This document shows, in pieces, positions 9,513 through 17,976 of a stretch of 64,000 nt of DNA. The translations under genes were made by a program, and so were the position numbers. Each line of letters begins with the position of its first letter. The first letter of the stretch is position 1. Origin of the DNA: an archaeon. Lineage in GTDB: Archaea > Nanobdellota > Nanobdellia > Pacearchaeales > GW2011-AR1. The notes under the pieces are model-generated. The model searched no databases. It saw only the letters and a program-made list of their open reading frames with translations, and had not been told where the DNA came from. The stretch is from contig JABHTJ010000002.1 in the NCBI GenBank assembly GCA_018697295.1, positions 28,027 through 92,026 of the forward strand. Direction: 5' to 3'.

Positions 9513-10973
9513 ATGAGGGAGAGAACTTTTTTGTGGGCAATTTTTATTTTGACTGTTGTTTTCTTTAGTCTTTTAAATATTCACAATGATTTTGCAATTA
9601 TTTCTCAGAATACTGGAAATGTTGTCGATTCAGGTTTTGTTGATTTGACAGTTAATCTTGAGACTAATGATACTATAAATATCACTTCTCCTGCAGACAA
9701 TGGTGTCGAAATTAGTGCAACCTATAATGCGACTTATGAAGTTTTTCTTAATGCAACTAATGATACTGCAGTTACTTCTTGGTATTATTCTTTGAATGAT
9801 GATTTGCATGGGACCCTAGTATATCAGAATATCTCATTTACTCCCAATACGACTTTTCAGGCTGTTCGGTGGCAGAATACTTTGACTGTTATCGGAGTTA
9901 AGAATTCAACGACTAATTTAACTGACTCCGTTACGTTTAATGTAAGTGTTGTTGCAAACACTAATCCGATCTTATCTACCTTGGTCGACCAAGAAGTTTG
10001 TGAAGGTTCCAAAATTAATTATAGTTATTACGCCGAGGATGTTGACGAACATGAAAATACTTTGACTTCGATAGTAAATCCTTCTTATGATCTTAGCTCG
10101 AGTCCGTTTGATATTGCAAGCATGGGTGTAACAGATTATAATCGGACTAATTTTTATATTTTTTCTCCAACTCTTACAAGTAGCCATGTTGGAAATCATA
10201 CCTTGAATATAAGTGTTTTAGATGGCGATGGAGGAATAGATCAACAAAATGTTACTGTTGAAGTTCTTGGCATTTCATCTTCTTCTTGTTCTACTCCTAG
10301 TTCCAGTGATGGAGATGCCGGAGGGGGCGGAGGGGGCGGAGGAGCTGGAGGCTCTTGTACCGAAATTTGGGCATGTGGTTCTTGGGATGAATGTGTTAAT
10401 GTTGAAGATGCGCTTTCTTTTGGAATTTTGGATGAAGAGGGCTATAACTTTGCTAAAGAGTTGTGCGTATTTGAAGATTATGGAGAAGAAATTTGTGGTT
10501 ATCAAACTAAAATTTGTGACGATGTTAACGAGTGCAATAATGATTATGTTGCTAAATTACAACCCGATTCCTTTCAGGCCTGTTATTTTGTAGAAGATCC
10601 TAGTTGTAGCGACGGTGTAACAAATTGTCATGATGGTTCTTGTGAGCTGTTGATTGATTGTGGTGGGCCGTGTAATGCGTGTGCTACTTGTTCTGATGGA
10701 ATTCAAAATCAGGGAGAAGCTGGAATTGATTGTGGAAGTCCTTGTGCATTTTCTTGTGACATTGAAGAACCTTCTGACACTTCCCCATTTATTTCTAAAT
10801 TTCTTTTAGTTTTAGGGTTTAAATCCCCTATAACTTTTGAGAAACTTATTTTTGGTGGAATTATTTTGAGCGGCCTTATGATACTATTATTAATTATTTA
10901 CTGGCTCTTGGTTTATTCTCGAGTTAAAATATTGCTTGGAAAAATTCATTATAAGAAAAATCGACGTCGGTGA
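9513..10973 (+). CDS. Surface protein with N-terminal anchor, NxT-rich beta-rich region, poly-Gly linker, Cys/Trp-rich module and conserved C-terminal anchor
   Basis: The C-terminal 190 aa are paralogous to the 1377-2144 product: CTEIWACGSWDECVNVED...ICGYQTKICDDVNEC...IDCGGPCNAC, then GFKSPITFEKLIFGGIILSGLMILLLIIYW. There is an extra disintegrin-like CSDGIQNQGEAGIDCGSPC stretch. Confidence 0.65.
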   Translation: MRERTFLWAIFILTVVFFSLLNIHNDFAIISQNTGNVVDSGFVDLTVNLETNDTINITSPADNGVEISATYNATYEVFLNATNDTAVTSWYYSLNDDLHGTLVYQNISFTPNTTFQAVRWQNTLTVIGVKNSTTNLTDSVTFNVSVVANTNPILSTLVDQEVCEGSKINYSYYAEDVDEHENTLTSIVNPSYDLSSSPFDIASMGVTDYNRTNFYIFSPTLTSSHVGNHTLNISVLDGDGGIDQQNVTVEVLGISSSSCSTPSSSDGDAGGGGGGGGAGGSCTEIWACGSWDECVNVEDALSFGILDEEGYNFAKELCVFEDYGEEICGYQTKICDDVNECNNDYVAKLQPDSFQACYFVEDPSCSDGVTNCHDGSCELLIDCGGPCNACATCSDGIQNQGEAGIDCGSPCAFSCDIEEPSDTSPFISKFLLVLGFKSPITFEKLIFGGIILSGLMILLLIIYWLLVYSRVKILLGKIHYKKNRRR

Positions 10974-10977
10974 AAAC

Positions 10978-11781
10978 TTATAATTGGCTTTGATAGAATT
11001 TTTGTCTTAACAAATCTCTATTTACTACTTCTTTTTGAACAAGATCTTTTAAGAGTAGTTTTTGCATGAACGTTAATTCTTCTGAATTTCCGCAAATTGA
11101 TGAAGCCATGTTTTTGATTTCCCTTGAAATTTGATTTCTTGGGTCTGAATATGTTATTGGAGATTTTTTATGTGCTGCTCTTGCTATTCTTTTGTCATCC
11201 CTTATTTTTGCGACTACTGGGATTTGCGAAATTTCTTCTACTTCAAATAAATCATACTCGTGTTTTGGACTTCGAATTTTATTTACAATGATTCCTTCAA
11301 TTGGGGTTTCTTGTTTTTTTGCGATTTCTGCAGCTTTTAGCGTCGTTGTAAGTGTTACTTTGTCAGGAGAAGTTACTAAGAAGACTTTGTCTGCTGCGGC
11401 TATGACAGGTTTTAATTCTTCGAAGTGCGGAGAGGAATCCAAGATTATGAAATCATATCTACTCTTGTATTTGTCTAAGACTTTTTTTAATTTGAAAATA
11501 TCTATTTCACTATTGTGGTCCATTGATGCTGGAATGACATCGATTCCATGAGATTCATAAATTGCATTATGAAGTCCGGTTCCATTAAGTGCGTCGTGGA
11601 GAGTTACATCATTTGTTAAATCAAGATATAATCCAATATTTGGTGCTGAGAAATTAGCGTCAACTAATAAAACTCTTTTTCCAAAATCATTGACTAAAGA
11701 ACTTGCAGTTTCAAGGGCTAAGGTTGTTTTTCCAACACCTCCCTTGATTGAAACAAATGCTAATATATTTTGTTCTGACAT
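10978..11781 (-). CDS. MinD/ParA-family P-loop ATPase
   Basis: Deviant Walker A KGGVGKTT near the N-terminus and a DxS Walker B-like ILDSSP. 267 aa. It lies immediately downstream of, and opposite to, the surface-protein locus. Confidence 0.75.
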   Translation of the reverse strand: MSEQNILAFVSIKGGVGKTTLALETASSLVNDFGKRVLLVDANFSAPNIGLYLDLTNDVTLHDALNGTGLHNAIYESHGIDVIPASMDHNSEIDIFKLKKVLDKYKSRYDFIILDSSPHFEELKPVIAAADKVFLVTSPDKVTLTTTLKAAEIAKKQETPIEGIIVNKIRSPKHEYDLFEVEEISQIPVVAKIRDDKRIARAAHKKSPITYSDPRNQISREIKNMASSICGNSEELTFMQKLLLKDLVQKEVVNRDLLRQKFYQSQL

Positions 11782-11844
11782 TCTATCACCTCGATTGTAT
11801 AAATCCTTTAGAGTATTTAAGATTAGTGTTCTTGTGAAGATAAA

Positions 11845-13335
11845 TTACAGTTTTTTAAACTCAATTCTTTCAGAAATTAAATCTTGAATTATTCTTGGCG
11901 TTTCGTCTATAGAAATAATTTTTTGTTTTCCATCATCCCGACTTCTAATTGTCACTGTTTTATTTTTTTGAGAATCTGAGTCAACAGTTAAACAAAATGG
12001 GGTTCCGATTTCGTCATTTCTTGCATATCGTTTTCCAACCGAACCAGATTCATCATAGGTTGCATTCATTTCTTTTTTTAGTAAGTTATAGAGTTCTCGC
12101 GATATTTTTACTTGTTCTGCGTCTTTTTTTATCAGTGGGAAAATTGCAACTTTTGTCGGTGCTAATTTTGGATGAAGTTTTAAGACAATATTTTCTTTTT
12201 CATTTTTTGAATATGATTCGAATAGAAATACTAAAAATGCTCTTTCAACTCCAAGACTTGGCTCTGCAACTACCATTGGAAGAATTTTTTCATCGTCGTC
12301 CATTATTTTTAAATCTTTTTTAGAATATTTTTCGTGCGTTTCTAAATCGTAGGTTCCTCTATCTGCAATTCCTTGTAATTCTTTCCAGCCGAATGGAAAG
12401 TTATATTCGATGTCCCACGTATCGGTTGCATAATGTGATTTTTCATCTTTAGTGTGTTGTCTTACTCTAAAATTATTCGGATTTGCTCCAAGTGAAACAA
12501 ACCATGAAATTTCTGTTGCCAACCAATATCCATGCCATTTTAATTTGAAGATTTTCTTTTGGATGGCTTCCTTTACCGTAATCTTTTTTGATTCTTCATT
12601 ATTTTCTTGCATTTCACTTGATAAAACTTGTAATTCTATTCCTCCAACTTCTTCTTTTGCAGGACATTCATTTTTCTTTTTTGGATTAATAAAGTACTCA
12701 ATTTCCATTTGTTCGAATTCACGAGATCTAAATAAAAAATTTCTTGGAGCTATTTCGTTTCTAAATGATTTCCCGATTTGTGCGATTCCGAATGGAAGTT
12801 TTAATCTGGCATTATCTTGGACAAGTTTGAAATTTGTAAAAATTAATTGTGCCGTTTCTGGTCTAAGGTATGCTAGTTTTGAATCTTCTTTTATTGGTCC
12901 GACTTGAGTTGTAAACATCGGATTAAATTCTCCTCTTGAATCTAATTTTCCATTACATTTTTCACATTTTGCCGTTGCTAACTCGTGCTTATCTACTTTC
13001 GATTTTGTTTTACATTTTGTGCAAACAACTGCAACATCTACAAAATTTCCTACATGTCCTGATGCTTCCCAAACTTTTGGATTAGTGATTATGCTTCCAT
13101 CAATTCCAACAATATCTTCTCTTTCTTGGACGTGAAATTTCCACCATTCTTTTTTGAGGTTATTTTTGAATTCAACACCTACTGGCCCAAAATCCCAAAA
13201 TCCTGATCCTCCTCCATAAATTTCTCCTGAAGGATACACAAATCCTTTCCGTTTGCAGAAATTTGCTAGTTCGTCGATAGTTAATTTTGCCATATTTTTT
13301 TGAAGGGTTTGGGATTTATAAAATATGTTATTCAA
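11845..13335 (-). CDS. glyS: Glycyl-tRNA synthetase (archaeal/eukaryotic-type class II)
   Basis: N-terminal RKGFVYPSGEIYGGGSGFWDFGPVGVEFKNNLKKEWW is typical of archaeal GlyRS. The C-terminal anticodon-binding region is conserved. 496 aa. Confidence 0.85.
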   Translation of the reverse strand: MNNIFYKSQTLQKNMAKLTIDELANFCKRKGFVYPSGEIYGGGSGFWDFGPVGVEFKNNLKKEWWKFHVQEREDIVGIDGSIITNPKVWEASGHVGNFVDVAVVCTKCKTKSKVDKHELATAKCEKCNGKLDSRGEFNPMFTTQVGPIKEDSKLAYLRPETAQLIFTNFKLVQDNARLKLPFGIAQIGKSFRNEIAPRNFLFRSREFEQMEIEYFINPKKKNECPAKEEVGGIELQVLSSEMQENNEESKKITVKEAIQKKIFKLKWHGYWLATEISWFVSLGANPNNFRVRQHTKDEKSHYATDTWDIEYNFPFGWKELQGIADRGTYDLETHEKYSKKDLKIMDDDEKILPMVVAEPSLGVERAFLVFLFESYSKNEKENIVLKLHPKLAPTKVAIFPLIKKDAEQVKISRELYNLLKKEMNATYDESGSVGKRYARNDEIGTPFCLTVDSDSQKNKTVTIRSRDDGKQKIISIDETPRIIQDLISERIEFKKL

Positions 13336-13370
13336 TAAACTTTTAAATTGGCTTTATTAGGTAGTTTTAA

Positions 13371-13445
13371 GCTCCTGTAACTCAGTCTGGATAGAGTGTC
13401 AGCCTTCTAAGTTGAAAGTCGCAGGTTCAAATCCTGTCAGGAGCG
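13371..13445 (+). tRNA. tRNA-Arg (anticodon TCT)
   Basis: Hand-folded cloverleaf. Acceptor GCTCCTG/CAGGAGC. D-arm ACTC-AGTCTGGATA-GAGT. Anticodon stem TCAGC/GTTGA with loop CTTCTAA. T-arm GCAGG-TTCAAAT-CCTGT. Discriminator G. No encoded CCA. Confidence 0.75.
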
Positions 13446-13604
13446 TAGTCCTGAGGACAGTCTTTGAACCTTTAAGGTTCAAGCGTCGGATTGAAAATCC
13501 TCGCTGACATCGGTCGCACTTCGTTTGCTTCATTGTCAATCCAATCAGGAGCTTACCAGTTGCAGAAGTAAGGTTTATATTCTTCTGTTTTACTGGTATA
13601 TCAA

Positions 13605-13675
13605 GCAGGCGTAGCCAAGCGGTAAGGCAAGAGGCTGCAACCCTCTGATCCTGGGTTCAATTCCCAGCGTCTGCT
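13605..13675 (+). tRNA. tRNA-Cys (anticodon GCA)
   Basis: Acceptor GCAGGCG/CGTCTGC with one GU pair. Anticodon stem AGAGG/CCTCT with loop CTGCAAC. T-arm CTGGG-TTCAATT-CCCAG. Confidence 0.7.
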
Positions 13676-13771
13676 TTTTGAGATTAGTTTATATGTGAGC
13701 GTGGCTAATAATTTTTTGAATTGAATATTTTAGAATTAATTTTTAGGCCATCTAAGTTGATTGATCTAAAA

Positions 13772-14008
13772 TTATTTTTTTGTTGATTTTAAAATAATAA
13801 AATATATTGCGAATACTATTATGCTTGGAATCATCATCACAATTCCTATATATTTGAGAACATTGCTTTGATATTTTATGATGTCTAGAAAGATAAGGAT
13901 TATTCCCAGTATAAAAAATAGGGCACCCATATAGACTGCGGCAATTGACCATCCTCTTATGAATTGAAGAATTGTCGCATTTCCAGGGGAGTTATTTTTA
14001 GCTGCCAT
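13772..14008 (-). CDS. Small membrane protein (2 predicted TM helices)
   Basis: 78 aa with hydrophobic segments IAAVYMGALFFILGIILIFL and IGIVMMIPSIIVFAIYFIIL. No recognisable family. Confidence 0.35.
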   Translation of the reverse strand: MAAKNNSPGNATILQFIRGWSIAAVYMGALFFILGIILIFLDIIKYQSNVLKYIGIVMMIPSIIVFAIYFIILKSTKK

Positions 14009-14123
14009 ATTTATATCCTAGGGGATAAATTGTTTAAATAGTTTATAGTCTTATTAAAAATTTAATTTATTCTAGATATTGTTCTTTAGTAAACATTATA
14101 AGTTTAATTTTACTAGTTAAATT

Positions 14124-15044
14124 ATGGCAGAACGAATAAAGATTACGTTTTTGGGCACAGGTAGTGCGATTCCGACAGCTAGGCGTAGTCATACTGCGAT
14201 TTATCTTCAATACAAGGCGGAGAATATTTTGATTGATTGTGGTGAAGGAACCCAGAGACAATTTCGAAAAGCAAAACTTAATCCTTGCAAGGTTACTAAG
14301 ATTTTGATTACTCATTGGCATGGCGATCATGTTCTTGGGTTGTCAGGATTTTTGCAAACACTTGCGCTTAATGGTATGACTAAAAAAGTTGAACTTTATG
14401 GGCCTGAAGGAACTAAAGAAAAAGTGAGAGAATTTTTTGATACGTTTATGCGTCCTGGATGGAAAATGAATCTTGAAGTCTTTGAAGTTGGAGAAGAAAA
14501 GTTTTTAGAAAATGATGAATTTTATTTTGAATCTAAACTTGCGAAACATAGCGTTGAGGCCGTTTCATATTCATTTGTTGTAAAAGAAAAAAGTCGATTG
14601 GACCGAGATAAGCTTGCGAAATTAAAGATTGGTAATTCTCCTTTGATGGGCAAATTAGCTCAAGGAAAAATTGTAACGATTGATGGTAAAAAAATTGATG
14701 GAAAAAAATTAGTTTATACTGAGCCTAAACGAAAAGTGACTGTTGTTTTAGATACTCTTGTTTGCCCGGGTGCTGTTTCAAATGCGAAAGATGCTGATTT
14801 GCTTATTTGTGAATCTAGTTATTCTATTGAAGAAGCTGAAACTGCCCTTGACCATATGCATTTGACAAGTAAAGATGCTTGTACTATTGCGAAAAAAGCG
14901 AAAGTTAAAGATTTAGTTTTGACACATATTAGTCAACGCTACGATGTTATTCCGAAGAAAATTTTGAGTGAAGCTGAAGAAGTTTTGAAGGGTTCTGGAA
15001 TTGGGGTTCGGGTTGCAGAAGATTTTGATGAAATTGTTCTTTAA
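14124..15044 (+). CDS. rnz: Ribonuclease Z (tRNA 3' processing, metallo-beta-lactamase fold)
   Basis: N-terminal ITFLGTGSAIPT and the HxHxDH motif ITHWHGDHVLG. The 306 aa length is typical of short-form RNase Z. Confidence 0.8.
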   Translation: MAERIKITFLGTGSAIPTARRSHTAIYLQYKAENILIDCGEGTQRQFRKAKLNPCKVTKILITHWHGDHVLGLSGFLQTLALNGMTKKVELYGPEGTKEKVREFFDTFMRPGWKMNLEVFEVGEEKFLENDEFYFESKLAKHSVEAVSYSFVVKEKSRLDRDKLAKLKIGNSPLMGKLAQGKIVTIDGKKIDGKKLVYTEPKRKVTVVLDTLVCPGAVSNAKDADLLICESSYSIEEAETALDHMHLTSKDACTIAKKAKVKDLVLTHISQRYDVIPKKILSEAEEVLKGSGIGVRVAEDFDEIVL

Positions 15045-15191
15045 TTTTTATTTGACAGATTAGTTTAGGTGTTCTCACTATCTTTAATTTTATTTCAGAG
15101 ATTTAGATTTAACGAAGCTCTCGCTGCCTTTAATCTTTTGAGAAGTTGTATCCATTGCGAAATTAAATTGGACTAACGCTCAATTGCTTTT

Positions 15192-15434
15192 TTAGTTAGC
15201 TGCTGAAGACGGAGAGATAAAGACTATCATATCTCCTCGAAGAAACATTCGCCCGTAGCTTGTTGTTTGTTCGCCGTTTTCAATTTCTTTTGCATTGTCG
15301 AGAACCACATTGATGTGGATGTCAAATGCTAAAAGATTTCCGACAAATTGTCTGCCGTTCTTTAGCTGTACTAAAATCTCTTTACCTTTTGACGTGTTTA
15401 ACAAGTCAAGGGGTCTATCGATTCCATTTACCAT
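15192..15434 (-). CDS. Sm-like archaeal protein (SmAP/LSm)
   Basis: RPLDLLNTSKGKEILVQLKNGRQFVGNLLAFDIHINVVLDNAKEI...GDMIVFISP is the Sm1/Sm2 motif pattern. 80 aa. Confidence 0.8.
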   Translation of the reverse strand: MVNGIDRPLDLLNTSKGKEILVQLKNGRQFVGNLLAFDIHINVVLDNAKEIENGEQTTSYGRMFLRGDMIVFISPSSAAN

Positions 15435-15540
15435 AGTTTTAGTGAATAGTTTTACTTTTTAAAACTTTAGATAGGTTCTTTTCATGAGAGATTTTTCTAA
15501 GTTATTTTTATTTAACCCAAACTATTAAATAGATATTTTT

Positions 15541-16866
15541 TTGTATATTGTAATGAGGACTATGGGAGCTATTAAAATTTCTGGATTGGTAGTTGTATTG
15601 ATTGTCTTATTAGTTTTGATTGGAAATTCTCTAAGTGGTTTAGCTATTGTCAAAAGTCCAGTTCCATCAGATTCTGATGAAACTTCGAAAGATACGCCTC
15701 CTAGTGATGATCCTGATACTTTTGATTCGGATCCTGCTCCAGATCCAATTCCTGCTCCAGATACTTTTGAACCTACGATTACTCCGACCTCTGGTAGTGG
15801 GAGCTCTGGAAGTTCTTCTGCTACACCTCCTTCTTCCACCGTGCCTGGAGAAGTGGTAATTGAAACTTCTTTTGGTTCTGGTATCACGATCGCAGATTTT
15901 GAAGAAGTGGGTGGGGCCGCAGTTGAATTAATCCCTGTTGGTGATTCTTCTTTTGGAGGAATTTTAATATTTACTCCTGGTGTTGGTGGTGTTCTTCAAG
16001 CTCCGGAAGGAAACTATTTGGTTGGGCCTCTTCAGACAGGGCCTTCGGATGGGGATGTTCGTCCATGTGTCTCTTCTTGGTTATGTTCTGAGTGGGAAAG
16101 TTGTATTAGCGACTTTCAACACCGTACCTGTGAGGATTTGAACGATTGTGAAATCCCTACTAACTCTCCGAGAAAAACAACTTCATGTACTTCTGCGAAT
16201 TTTTGTGAAGAGGATTGGGAATGTTCTTGGAGTGAATGTTCTCCATTGACTGATTTTAGTAACCCTATCCATTGTATAGATTCTAATAATTGTGGGACTG
16301 AATATGAGCTTCCAGATTCTCAAAATTGTAATGCTCCTGTGGCTTGTTCCCCCAAATTTACCTGTGGTGATTGGAGTGATTGCGATGTAGATTATGGTTT
16401 TAATTCATTTGATGAAGGTTCTGAAAATTTATTTGGAGGGCTTCAACACCGTACCTGTGAGGATTTGAACCTCTGTGGAGAACCAACTAAGCAATCTCGA
16501 AGCTGCGCTTTAGAAAAAGATATAGAAATTGTTATTGGGGAACAATGTGATTCGGCACAATTTGTTTTATCTGATTTATCGAATGGAGAGATTGTAGCTA
16601 AAATAGATAAGGAAAAATTTGAAATTACCCTTGGGGATGATGGAAGCGAGGGGATTGAACTTTGTACATCTTGTTTGAATGGATTACTTGATTCAGATAA
16701 GGGCGAGGAAGGTGTTGACTGTGGTGGAGAGGATTGTTTGCCTTGTGATGTAAAATATAGTCCTGTAGTTTTTGAGGAAGAATCTTTCTTTGAGAAGGTT
16801 ACTATTTTTACAAAAACTTCTTTTGTTAGGGATATTTTTGACTTGTTTAAAAATATTTTTAGTTAA
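15541..16866 (+). CDS. Secreted protein with N-terminal anchor, Pro/Thr/Ser-rich stalk and repeated Cys/Trp-rich modules
   Basis: N-terminal TM, then PAPDPIPAPD and a TPTSGSGSSGSSS linker. Modules are CVSSWLCSEWESC...HRTCEDLNDC, CEEDWECSWSEC, CGDWSDC...HRTCEDLNLC and VDCGGEDCLPC. An exact 29-nt internal repeat lies at 16113-16141 and 16442-16470. Confidence 0.6.
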   Translation: MYIVMRTMGAIKISGLVVVLIVLLVLIGNSLSGLAIVKSPVPSDSDETSKDTPPSDDPDTFDSDPAPDPIPAPDTFEPTITPTSGSGSSGSSSATPPSSTVPGEVVIETSFGSGITIADFEEVGGAAVELIPVGDSSFGGILIFTPGVGGVLQAPEGNYLVGPLQTGPSDGDVRPCVSSWLCSEWESCISDFQHRTCEDLNDCEIPTNSPRKTTSCTSANFCEEDWECSWSECSPLTDFSNPIHCIDSNNCGTEYELPDSQNCNAPVACSPKFTCGDWSDCDVDYGFNSFDEGSENLFGGLQHRTCEDLNLCGEPTKQSRSCALEKDIEIVIGEQCDSAQFVLSDLSNGEIVAKIDKEKFEITLGDDGSEGIELCTSCLNGLLDSDKGEEGVDCGGEDCLPCDVKYSPVVFEEESFFEKVTIFTKTSFVRDIFDLFKNIFS

Positions 16867-17026
16867 TTTTTTCAATCACAACTCTTTTAAATTAGATTAT
16901 TTAGTTTTTATTATTGGCTCTCTCGAAGCAATTAAAAATGGAATTGCTTTTTGAAGTTAGTCATTTTCAATGGCTCCTCCGGACCAACTAATTTTGGTTA
17001 CGGCCGGATAAATTGTCAAAATCAGT

Positions 17027-17098
17027 GGCTCCGTAGCTCAGCGGTAGAGCGCCGCTCTCATGAGGCGGAGGCCGGGAGGTCAGCACTCCCCGGAGCCA
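17027..17098 (+). tRNA. tRNA-Met (anticodon CAT), atypical T-loop
   Basis: Acceptor GGCTCCG/CGGAGCC. D-arm GCTC-AGCGGTA-GAGC. Anticodon stem CCGCT/GGCGG with loop CTCATGA. T-arm GGGAG-GTCAGCA-CTCCC. The T-loop lacks the usual TTCRA pattern. The region is GC-rich relative to its surroundings. Confidence 0.5.
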
Positions 17099-17144
17099 TT
17101 TATTTTTTAGAAATGATTATAAACTATTATTGGTAATCTAATTT

Positions 17145-17426
17145 ATGGAAGGTGTTTTTTTGGGGCTTAATTCTTTAGTGTCAGATACTGTCGTAGATAG
17201 TTTTGGTTTGCTCGCCGTTATTTTGAAGACGCTTGGAATTGTAGTTATTGTCTATATTATTTATTTTATTATAAAGACTATTTTCGATATCAAGAGAAAT
17301 CGTCGAATAAAATTTATTGAGAGCAAAATTATTTCTGTTGAACATAAACTTGATGCTCTTTTAAAAAATCAAAAAGTGAATGTTATGTCTAAAAAATCTT
17401 TGAAGAAAAAACATTCTAAAAAATAG
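17145..17426 (+). CDS. Small membrane protein with C-terminal basic coiled-coil tail
   Basis: 93 aa. One TM segment (LLAVILKTLGIVVIVYIIYFII), then a charged helix. No family assignment. Confidence 0.35.
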   Translation: MEGVFLGLNSLVSDTVVDSFGLLAVILKTLGIVVIVYIIYFIIKTIFDIKRNRRIKFIESKIISVEHKLDALLKNQKVNVMSKKSLKKKHSKK

Positions 17427-17750
17427 TTATTTTGATAATACGATTTCAAGCGTGGAAACATTTATCAGTTTTCCTTCATCATTTTCAAACTCTTTACTTC
17501 CCATGACTATATTTTTTACCTTGAGATTTTTATCGATTAAAAATTTTCTTCTTGTAACTTCGGCAACATCAACTGCTTTTGAAATAAATTTTCCACGGGA
17601 CTTTATGATTACTTCAGAAACATTATTTATATTAAATTGTACAATGACTCCATTTACATAATTCATAAAAGGTTTTCCCCCAATGAAAATTGAGTTGTCG
17701 TTCTTATCTTTTGTTTTAGCTGTCATGTTATTACTCGTCGTCGTTATCAA
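17427..17750 (-). CDS. albA: DNA/RNA-binding protein Alba
   Basis: NSIFIGGKPFMNYVNGVIVQFN...EVIIKSRGKFISKAVDVAEVTRRKF matches the Alba (Sso10b) core. Confidence 0.7.
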   Translation of the reverse strand: MITTTSNNMTAKTKDKNDNSIFIGGKPFMNYVNGVIVQFNINNVSEVIIKSRGKFISKAVDVAEVTRRKFLIDKNLKVKNIVMGSKEFENDEGKLINVSTLEIVLSK

Positions 17751-17937
17751 TTATCGTCTTTTTTGCTGTCTTTAATCGTGCAATATATCCTGCAATTCCG
17801 TTTCGCATTCGCTTACTTGGAAGAATGCTTCCTAGAGACTTTTTGTTCTCTTCGAATGTTTTTCCAAATGATTCTGGCGAATTCTCTAAGAGTTTTTTTG
17901 AGGTTCTCTTGATTAATTTTGTTTTTATTCTTCCCAT
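17731..17937 (-). CDS. rps17e: Ribosomal protein eS17 (S17e)
   Basis: MGRIKTKLIKRTSKKLLENSPESFGKTFEENKK...LPSKRMRNGIAGYI resembles S17e N-terminal consensus MGRVRTKTVKK...KKLRNKIAGY. Confidence 0.7.
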   Translation of the reverse strand: MGRIKTKLIKRTSKKLLENSPESFGKTFEENKKSLGSILPSKRMRNGIAGYIARLKTAKKTIIDNDDE

Positions 17938-17976
17938 TCTATGGCTTGTTATTTTGGCTTTAAAAGACTTTCGTCA

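Noticed and set aside
10249-10593. 114-aa plus-strand and 76-aa minus-strand ORFs inside the 9513 gene
   Set aside because: Alternative-frame readings of the GC-rich poly-Gly/Cys-module region. No independent support.
12452-12907. 151-aa plus-strand ORF
   Set aside because: Antisense to glyS. Hydrophobic F/S-rich junk translation.
15525-15887. 120-aa minus-strand ORF
   Set aside because: Antisense to the 5' Pro/Ser/Gly-rich stalk region of the 15541 gene. Its G/S/P richness is a mirror-image artefact.
1377-16866. Diversity-generating retroelement targeting the surface proteins
   Set aside because: No reverse-transcriptase ORF in the window. The paralogous Cys-rich modules differ at all base types rather than adenine-specifically. 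No near-identical TR/VR pair was seen.
16951-17136. 61-aa ORF
   Set aside because: Overlaps the tRNA-Met candidate. The GC-rich stretch is better explained as tRNA.
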